Source: Acidobacteriota bacterium (GTDB lineage: Bacteria; Acidobacteriota; Thermoanaerobaculia; Multivoradales; UBA5704). Taken from it: 64,000 nucleotides of DNA. A program made the translations under genes and the position numbers. Positions 57,314 through 64,000 of the stretch are shown piece after piece. Within the stretch, counting starts at the first letter, position 1. The number at the start of each line of letters is the position of its first letter. A model generated the notes under the pieces. That model saw only the letters and a list, made by a program, of their open reading frames with translations, made no database searches and was not told the DNA's origin. Where the stretch lies: NCBI GenBank assembly GCA_046765915.1, contig JBKPTH010000063.1:4009-68008 (forward strand), read 5' to 3'.

Positions 57314-59908
57314 ATGACGCGATTCGCGAAGCACCTCGCTCTCCTGCTCCTCCTTCTCGGCCTGCCGCTGCCGCCCGCCGCGACGCAGGTGGCTCCCTCG
57401 CCGCTCGAGCCGGCCGCCACAGGCGGTGTGGCGGCGGTGGACCGCGCGCTCGCCAAGCTCTCCACTCACAAGCGCCTGCTGGTGATCGGCGCGCATCCGG
57501 ACGACGAGGACACCTCGCTCATCGCCCTCGTCTCGCGCGGTATGGGCGGCGAGGCGGCCTATCTCTCGCTCAGCCGCGGCGAGGGCGGGCAGAACCTCAT
57601 CGGCCCCGAGCTGGGGGTGGGGCTGGGGCTCCTGCGCAGCCGCGAGCTGCTGGCGGCGCGGTCGGTGGACGGCGGCCGGCAGTTCTTCACCCGCGCCTAC
57701 GACTTCGGCTACACGCGCTCGCTCGACGAGACCCTGCGCCTGTGGCCGAAGGACGCGCTGGTGGAGGACGCCGTGCGGGTGATCCGGCGCTTCAAGCCGC
57801 AGGTGGTGGTCTCGGTCTTCCCCGGCATCCCGCATCCCAATCACGGGCAGCACCAGGCCGCCGGCGTCACCGCCTACGCCGCCTTTCCCCTGGCCGGCGA
57901 CCCGAACGCGGTGCCGCAGCTCACGGCCGAGGGGTCCGTGCCGTGGACGCCGCAGGCGCTCTACCGCTCGACCCGTTTCGATCCAGAGACGCCCAGCCTC
58001 ACGCTGCCGTTGAGCGGCATCGATCCGCTCGCCGGCAAGTCGATCTTCCAGCTCGCCATGGCCAGCCGCAGCATGCACCGCTCGCAGGACATGGGGATGG
58101 TGCAACGGCTCGGGCCTCAGAGCACGAGCGTCGGCTGGGTGGAGGGCGATGCCGGCAAGGAGGCCAAGGATCTGTTCGGCGGCGTCGACACGAAGCTCTC
58201 CGCCATCGCCGAAACGGTGGCCGACGCCGGACGGCGGCAGACCGCCGAGGATCGCCTCGGCGCCGTCCAGGCGTCGGCCGAACGCGCCCGGGCCGCGCTC
58301 AACCCGGCGAAGCTGGACGACAGCGTGCCGGCCTTCGTCCAGATCCTCAGAGATCTCCGCGAGGCACGGGCCGCCCTGGCGGAAGGGGACCGGCCGGCGC
58401 GCGAGCTGATCGACGAGAAGATCGAGGTGGCCGAGGCCGGGCTCGGCGCCGCGGCGGGGATCGCCGTGGACGCCGTCACGGACCGCGAGGCGCTCGTCGA
58501 CGGCGAGACCTTCACCGTGCAGGCCAGCCTCTGGAATGGCGGGTCGCGGTCGATTCCGAGCGTCGCCGTCTCCCTCGCGCCGGCTCCGGAGTGGGGAGGC
58601 GAACCGGTCGCGGGCGAGGCCAAGGACCTCGCGGCGGGGGCCCTCGGCTCGTGGGAGCTCAAGCCCGCGGTGCCGGCGCAGGCCCCGGCCACCATTCCCT
58701 ATTTCCTGCGCAAGCCGCTGGCGGGGAGCCTCTACGACTGGTCCGCGGCCACGCCCGCCGAGCGCGGCGAGCCGTTCGGTCCGCCGCTGCTGACCGCGCG
58801 GTTCTCCTTCACCGTCGACGGCGTGCCGGTGACGCTGGAGCGCGAGGTCGTCCACATGCACCGGGACCAGGCCATCGGCGAGGTCCGCCGGCCCCTCCGG
58901 GTGGTGCCGAAGGTCGAAGTGGCGGCGGCGGACGAGCTGCTGGTCTGGCCCATCGCGAGCCGCGAGCCGCGGCGCCTCCACGTCACTCTCACCTCGCATT
59001 CCAAGGAGCCCCTGAGCGGCCGCCTGGAGGCGCAGGGAGGTCCTGCCGTCACCCCGAAGCCGTTCACGCTGCAGGCCGCCGACGAGCCGCTCGATCTGGA
59101 GCTGACGCTCAATCCGTCCAAGGACCTGAAGCCGAGCCGTACAGTCCTGCGGATCGCCGCGGTGTTGGAGGATAACGCGCGCTTCGACGTCTCCGTGCCG
59201 GTCATCGACTATCCCCACGTCCGCCCGACGCCGCGGCCGGCACCGGCGCAGGTGGTGATCCAGACCGCCGATCTGCGCCTGCCGCCGCTGAAGAAAGTCG
59301 GCTACGTCCGCGGCGCCTCGGACCGCGTCCCCGAGTTCCTGCGCCAGGTGGGCGTGCCGATCGAGCTGCTCGGAGCCGACCCGCTCGAATCGGCCGATCT
59401 CTCACGCTACGACGCCATCGTCGTCGGCAGCCGCGCCTACGAGACCGATCCCGCGCTCGCGCGCGCCAACCACCGGCTGCTCGACTACGTCCGCAACGGC
59501 GGCCTGATGATCGTCCAGTATCAGCAGTATCCATTCGTCGAAGGCAAGTTCGCGCCCTTCCCGCTGGAGATCGCGCGGCCGCACGACCGCATCACGGACG
59601 AGACGGCGCCGGTGACGGTGCTCGATCCGAGCTCGCCGGTCTTCAACACGCCGAACAAGATCGGCCCGGAGGATTGGAACGGCTGGATGCAGGAGCGCGG
59701 CCTCTACTTCGCGCACACCTGGGACCCCGCCTACAAGCCGCTGCTGTCGATGAAGGATCCCGATACGTCCGACCTCCAGGGAGGCCTGCTGGTCGCACCG
59801 CTCGGCAAGGGCCGCTACGTCTACACCGGCCTCGCCTTCTTCCGCCAGCTCCCCGCCGGCGTGCCGGGAGCGTACCGGTTGTTCGCGAACTTGTTGGGGG
59901 TGAAGTGA
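57314..59908 (+). CDS. PIG-L/LmbE-family deacetylase domain protein with large C-terminal extension
   Basis: Signal-like N-terminus. VIGAHPDDEDTSLIA. 864 aa. Confidence 0.7.
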   Translation: MTRFAKHLALLLLLLGLPLPPAATQVAPSPLEPAATGGVAAVDRALAKLSTHKRLLVIGAHPDDEDTSLIALVSRGMGGEAAYLSLSRGEGGQNLIGPELGVGLGLLRSRELLAARSVDGGRQFFTRAYDFGYTRSLDETLRLWPKDALVEDAVRVIRRFKPQVVVSVFPGIPHPNHGQHQAAGVTAYAAFPLAGDPNAVPQLTAEGSVPWTPQALYRSTRFDPETPSLTLPLSGIDPLAGKSIFQLAMASRSMHRSQDMGMVQRLGPQSTSVGWVEGDAGKEAKDLFGGVDTKLSAIAETVADAGRRQTAEDRLGAVQASAERARAALNPAKLDDSVPAFVQILRDLREARAALAEGDRPARELIDEKIEVAEAGLGAAAGIAVDAVTDREALVDGETFTVQASLWNGGSRSIPSVAVSLAPAPEWGGEPVAGEAKDLAAGALGSWELKPAVPAQAPATIPYFLRKPLAGSLYDWSAATPAERGEPFGPPLLTARFSFTVDGVPVTLEREVVHMHRDQAIGEVRRPLRVVPKVEVAAADELLVWPIASREPRRLHVTLTSHSKEPLSGRLEAQGGPAVTPKPFTLQAADEPLDLELTLNPSKDLKPSRTVLRIAAVLEDNARFDVSVPVIDYPHVRPTPRPAPAQVVIQTADLRLPPLKKVGYVRGASDRVPEFLRQVGVPIELLGADPLESADLSRYDAIVVGSRAYETDPALARANHRLLDYVRNGGLMIVQYQQYPFVEGKFAPFPLEIARPHDRITDETAPVTVLDPSSPVFNTPNKIGPEDWNGWMQERGLYFAHTWDPAYKPLLSMKDPDTSDLQGGLLVAPLGKGRYVYTGLAFFRQLPAGVPGAYRLFANLLGVK

Positions 59909-59922
59909 AAGTGGCCGTCCGC

Positions 59923-59980
59923 GTTCCCCCCTCTCCATCTTCGATGGAGAGGGGGCCAGGGGGTGAGGTCTCGAAGGGCA
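59923..59980. repeat. REP-like element copy D (inverted orientation), embedded in the 5' end of the ABC SBP gene
   Basis: GTTCCCCCCTCTCCATCTTCGATGGAGAGGGGGCCAGGGGGTGAGGTCTCGAAGGGCA. Confidence 0.7.
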
Positions 59981-61020
59981 TACCGCACCGACTGGCAAAA
60001 CCCCTTGCAGCCCTCATCCTCGCTCTCCTCCTCACCTCCTGCAACGACAACCGCACGCCGCTGGTGGTCTACTCGCCGCACGGCCGCGATCTTCTGACGC
60101 TGATGGAGAAGCGCTACGAGCAGGCGCATCCGGAGATCGACGTCCGCTGGCTCGACATGGGCTCCCAGGAGGTCTACGACCGCGTGCGCTCCGAGGCCGC
60201 GAACCCGCAGGCCGACGTCTGGTACGGCGGCCCGCAGACGATCTTCACCCGCGGCGCCGCGGAGGGCCTGCTGGCGCCCTTCCGGCCGAGTTGGGCCGGC
60301 GCGGTGCCGGAGTCGAGCCGCCAGCCGCAGAACTTCTTCTTCGGCGCCTATCGCACCGCACCCGTGCTGGTCTACAACTCCGCGGCCGTCAAGCGCGAGG
60401 AGGCTCCCGCCGACTGGAACGACCTGCTCGCGCCGCGCTGGAAAGACAAGATCCTCATCCGCGATCCGCTGGCGAGCGGCACCATGCGGACCCTCTTCGG
60501 CATGATCCTGGCGCGCTCGGTGCGCGAGACGGGCAGCGAGGAGCGCGGCTGGGAGTGGCTGCGCCGGCTGGACGCGCAGACCAAGGAGTACGTGCAGAAC
60601 CCGGCGCTGCTGATGGAGAAGCTCAACCGCCAGGAGGGACTGATCACCGTCTGGGAGCTCACCGACATGCTCTGGCAGGCCAAGCGGGGCGCGCCTCTCG
60701 GCTACCGCTTCGCCCGCAGCGGCGTGCCGGTGATCGACGACTCGATCGGCCTGGTGAAGGGCGCGCGCCACGCGGACGAGGCGAAGGCCTTCATCGAGTT
60801 CGTGGGCAGCGTCGAAAGCCAGGAGCTGGCGGCGCGCGAAGCCTTCCGCCTGCCGGCGCGCACCGATCTGCCGCCCGCGCGACTGCCGCAGTGGGCGCAG
60901 GAGGTGCTGCGCGACCTCAAGCCGGCCGACGTCGACTGGGACCTCATCGCCAAGAACGGCCAGAAGTGGATGGCCACCTGGGACCGCACCGTGCGCAGCC
61001 GCGGGGCGTCGACCCGGTAA
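59944..61020 (+). CDS. ABC transporter periplasmic substrate-binding lipoprotein (family 1, iron(III)/FbpA-like)
   Basis: LALLLTSC lipobox. Type II SBP fold. Start is uncertain: ATG at 59944 lies inside the REP copy. GTG at 59905 or 59911 are alternatives. Confidence 0.65.
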   Translation: MERGPGGEVSKGIPHRLAKPLAALILALLLTSCNDNRTPLVVYSPHGRDLLTLMEKRYEQAHPEIDVRWLDMGSQEVYDRVRSEAANPQADVWYGGPQTIFTRGAAEGLLAPFRPSWAGAVPESSRQPQNFFFGAYRTAPVLVYNSAAVKREEAPADWNDLLAPRWKDKILIRDPLASGTMRTLFGMILARSVRETGSEERGWEWLRRLDAQTKEYVQNPALLMEKLNRQEGLITVWELTDMLWQAKRGAPLGYRFARSGVPVIDDSIGLVKGARHADEAKAFIEFVGSVESQELAAREAFRLPARTDLPPARLPQWAQEVLRDLKPADVDWDLIAKNGQKWMATWDRTVRSRGASTR

Positions 61021-61025
61021 TCCTC

Positions 61026-62117
61026 ATGCCCTTCCTCATTCTCGACCGGCTCGACAAGAGCTTCGGCGCCCAAACTGTTCTCCGTGATCTCTCGCTGGCG
61101 GTGGAGAGAGGCGAGATCCTCGCTCTGCTGGGACCCTCGGGCAGCGGCAAGACGACGGCGCTGCGGCTGATCGCCGGCTTCGAATCACCGGACCGCGGGC
61201 GTATCCTGGTGCAGGACGAGGAGGTCACCCGCCTCCCGCCCGAGCGCCGGAACTTCGGCATGGTCTTCCAGCACTACGCGCTCTTTCCTCACCTGACCGT
61301 CGGCGAGAACGTCGCCTTCGGCCTCGCTTCCCGGCAACGCGGCGGCAAGGAGGAGACGGCGCGCCGGGTGGCGGAGGCGCTGACCCTGGTGGATCTCCCC
61401 GGCTTCGAAGACCGCCGGGTGGGCGAGATCTCCGGCGGCCAGCAGCAACGGGTCGCGCTCGCCCGCGCGCTGGCGCCGGAGCCGCGCGTGCTGCTGCTCG
61501 ACGAGCCGCTCTCCAATCTCGATCCCACGCTGCGCGAGCGCACGCGCCGCGAGCTCAAGCGCGCCATCCAGCGGGTGGGCATCACTACCGTGCTGGTCAC
61601 CCACGAACAGGAAGAGGCGTTTCATCTCGGCGACCGCATCGCCGTGCTCCAGGGAGGCACCCTGCACCAGGTGGGAACCCCCGAGGACCTCTACGAGCGG
61701 CCGGCGACGCGCTTCGTCGCCACCTTCGTCGGCCGCGCGAGCGCTTTGCAGGCGGTACTGGAAGGGGACGGCGCCGTCCGGGTGGGTCAGGTTCGCTGGC
61801 CGGCCGAGCCCTCTCCGGAGCTCGCGGGCACCGCACCCGGCGAGGAGGTGGACCTCGTCGTGCGGCCCGAGTCGCTGGCCTTCGCGTCCGCGGGCGATGC
61901 ACGCGCGCTGGCCGGCCGCGTCACCGAGCGGCGTTACGCGGGACCGGTCAGCTACTACCTGGTGACTCTCGCGGCCGGCGGCGAGGTGGAGGTGCTGGCG
62001 GCGTCGGGTGATGCAGCGGTGGGTGATGAGGTTTGGGTGGTGCCGAATGAGGAGGGTCCGAGGCCGAGATTGTTCAGGAGAATTCCTGGGAGCGCCGGCG
62101 TCCTCGCCGGCAGATGA
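61026..62117 (+). CDS. ABC transporter ATP-binding protein (FbpC/PotA-like)
   Basis: GPSGSGKTT, LSGGQQQRVALARAL, LLLDEP. C-terminal TOBE-like domain. Confidence 0.85.
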   Translation: MPFLILDRLDKSFGAQTVLRDLSLAVERGEILALLGPSGSGKTTALRLIAGFESPDRGRILVQDEEVTRLPPERRNFGMVFQHYALFPHLTVGENVAFGLASRQRGGKEETARRVAEALTLVDLPGFEDRRVGEISGGQQQRVALARALAPEPRVLLLDEPLSNLDPTLRERTRRELKRAIQRVGITTVLVTHEQEEAFHLGDRIAVLQGGTLHQVGTPEDLYERPATRFVATFVGRASALQAVLEGDGAVRVGQVRWPAEPSPELAGTAPGEEVDLVVRPESLAFASAGDARALAGRVTERRYAGPVSYYLVTLAAGGEVEVLAASGDAAVGDEVWVVPNEEGPRPRLFRRIPGSAGVLAGR

Positions 62118-63857
62118 ATGAAGAGAAAAAGGAAGAGGCCGGCGAGGACGCCGGCGCTCCCAGGAATTTACACAACCTTGACAACGCGACCCGTACCTAT
62201 TGAAGCCGTGAAGCGCCAATCCCTCCTCCCCGCCCTCGCCATTGCCGCGCTCCTCGCGTGGCTGGTGGGCTATCCCCTGCTGATGACGCTGATCGAGGCG
62301 CTCGGGGGGTCTGGTCATTGGACGCTCGGTTTCTTCTCCGAGTTCTTCAACCGGCCCGACGAGTGGATGGCGCTGTGGCGCAGCCTGTGGATCTCCGCCG
62401 CGTCGGTGGTCCTGGCGGCGCTGGTCGGCGTGCCGCTCGCCTTCCTCTTCGAGCGCACCGAGTTCCCGGGTCGGCGGATTCTCGGCGCGGTCGTGGCGTT
62501 GCCGGTCGCCTTGCCGCCGCTCGTCGGCGTGATCGCCTTCCTCTTCCTCTATGGCGAGAGCGGCTTCGTGTCGCGCGCCGTCCAGTCCCTGCTCAATCTT
62601 TCGCAGCCGCCTTGGAGGCTGGCGGGGCCGGGCGCCATCCTGCTGGTGCACGCCTACTCGATGTACGTCTACTTCTATCTCTTCACCCGCGCGGGCCTCG
62701 CTCGGCTCGACGCGGCGCTCCTCGAGGCCGCCGCCTCGCTCGGCGCCAGCCGGACGCGCGCGCTTTTCCGCGTCACCCTGCCGCTGCTGCGGCCGGCGCT
62801 GGCGGGAGCGGCGCTGCTCACTTTCATGACGGCGCTCGCCTCCTTCTCCGCGCCCTATCTCTTCGGCGGCGGCTTCCGTGTCATGACGACGCAGATCGTC
62901 GCCTCCAAGCTCAACGGCGAGCTGGCCCTCGCGCAGGTGGAGACGGTGATGCTGGCGCTCCTCGCCCTCCTCGCGCTTGGCGCCATGCGGCGGGTCGACC
63001 GCGTCTCTGCCGTGGGCACCGGCGTGCGCGGCATCGCTCCGGCCCGCCGGCGCCTGCGCAGTCCGCTGGCGCGCGTCTCGGCCGGCGTCTTCGGCTGGCT
63101 GCTCGCCGCCGTCCTGCTGCTGCCGCACGCGGTGCTCCTGCTGGTCTCCCTCGTGCCCGCCTTCACCTGGACGGTCGAGCCCTTCCCGCCGGTGCTCAAC
63201 CTCGGCAACTGGACGGCGCTCTTCACCGAGGCGGAGCGGGTGCGCCCGATGGTCAACTCGCTATGGATGGCCGCCGTCGCCACCGTCGCCGCACTGGGCC
63301 TGGGACTGGCCGCGGCTCGCTTCGCCGTGGCGCGCCGGGACCGCGTAGGCGGATTGTTGGAAGGTTTGATCGCGGTGCCGTGGGCGGTGCCCGGCACCGT
63401 CTTCGCCGTGGCGCTCGCCACCACCTTCAGCGCCAATCAGCCGTGGATCGGCCGCTTCGTGCTCATCGGCACGCCGTGGATCCTGCCGCTCGCCTACCTG
63501 GTGCGCAACCTGCCGCTCACCGGCCGCGCGGCGCTGGCCGGCCTGCGGCAGCTCGATCCCGCGCTGGAAGAGGCGGCGGCCTCGCTCGGCGCCGACCGCT
63601 TCCGCCGGCTGGTACGTGTGACGCTGCCGCTGCTTCGTCCCGCCCTCGCCGCCGGCGCCGGCCTCGCCTTCATCACCGCTCTCGGGGACTTCGTGGTCTC
63701 CATCGTGCTCTACACTTTCGACACCCGCCCCATCTCGATCGAGATCCTCTCCAGCTTGCGCCTTCAGGATCTCGGCACGGCGGCGGCTTATGGCGTCCTT
63801 CTGATGACGGCGAGCGCCGCAGCGTTCCTGCTCTGGGGGCAGGAAGAGGCGCGCTGA
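62118..63857 (+). CDS. ABC transporter permease, duplicated (FbpB-like)
   Basis: Two EAA-type permease halves (LGASRTRALFRVTLPLLRPAL and LGADRFRRLVRVTLPLLRPAL). Possible alternative GTG start at 62218. Confidence 0.8.
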   Translation: MKRKRKRPARTPALPGIYTTLTTRPVPIEAVKRQSLLPALAIAALLAWLVGYPLLMTLIEALGGSGHWTLGFFSEFFNRPDEWMALWRSLWISAASVVLAALVGVPLAFLFERTEFPGRRILGAVVALPVALPPLVGVIAFLFLYGESGFVSRAVQSLLNLSQPPWRLAGPGAILLVHAYSMYVYFYLFTRAGLARLDAALLEAAASLGASRTRALFRVTLPLLRPALAGAALLTFMTALASFSAPYLFGGGFRVMTTQIVASKLNGELALAQVETVMLALLALLALGAMRRVDRVSAVGTGVRGIAPARRRLRSPLARVSAGVFGWLLAAVLLLPHAVLLLVSLVPAFTWTVEPFPPVLNLGNWTALFTEAERVRPMVNSLWMAAVATVAALGLGLAAARFAVARRDRVGGLLEGLIAVPWAVPGTVFAVALATTFSANQPWIGRFVLIGTPWILPLAYLVRNLPLTGRAALAGLRQLDPALEEAAASLGADRFRRLVRVTLPLLRPALAAGAGLAFITALGDFVVSIVLYTFDTRPISIEILSSLRLQDLGTAAAYGVLLMTASAAAFLLWGQEEAR

Positions 63858-63866
63858 CGGAGACGT

Positions 63867-64000
63867 ATGGAGTCCAGCTCTCTCAAGCGGCTCAGCGTGC
63901 TCATGGCCACGGTGTTCGTGGACATGATCGGCTATCTCATCGTGCTGCCGACGCTGCCTTTCTACGCCAAGCGGCTCGGCGCACGGCCCGTCGTCATCAC
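63867..64000 (+). CDS. MFS transporter, partial (N-terminus only)
   Basis: MESSSLKRLSVLMATVFVDMIGYLIVLPTLPFYAKRLGA is typical of a DHA-family MFS N-terminus. Runs off window end. Confidence 0.6.
   Translation, partial: MESSSLKRLSVLMATVFVDMIGYLIVLPTLPFYAKRLGARPVVI

Noticed and set aside
57284-59218. 644-aa minus ORF and + ORF 57742..59175
   Set aside because: Shadows of the LmbE-family gene.
61185-63128. 647-aa minus ORF
   Set aside because: Antisense shadow of the ABC ATPase and permease genes.

Overview
This is a high-GC (~68%) bacterial chromosomal segment. Several genes look Acidobacteria-like: a CarboxypepD_reg-type TonB receptor, a CSLREA/beta-helix exoprotein, and an ECF sigma/anti-sigma/DUF4252-like operon. 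The housekeeping backbone is gltX, speA, rpoD, dnaG, mutS2, gdh, ruvA, a tricorn protease, mscS, tRNA-Asn and tRNA-fMet. Accessory islets are interleaved with it. (1) At the left edge a SIR2_2-family gene is followed on the minus strand by a large alpha-helical-repeat gene that the ORF track misses entirely. The listed + ORFs 11..700 and 767..2581 are its antisense shadow. I read this pair as a candidate SIR2-based two-gene module. (2) A toxin-antitoxin-rich, low-GC islet at about 8.6-11.8 kb holds vapBC, a roughly 480-bp array of 21-bp dyad-containing tandem repeats, a frameshifted gene, a 125-aa TIR-only protein, and a relBE-like remnant flanked by 26-bp direct repeats. (3) A second 21-bp tandem array of the same architecture sits upstream of a cPLA2-like lysophospholipase gene. 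(4) A REP-like GC-rich palindromic element occurs in four copies, one of them inside the 5' end of an ABC substrate-binding-protein gene. (5) Two secreted proteins share a roughly 105-aa C-terminal domain I cannot name. Many long ORFs in the track are antisense shadows of real genes and are recorded as rejected.
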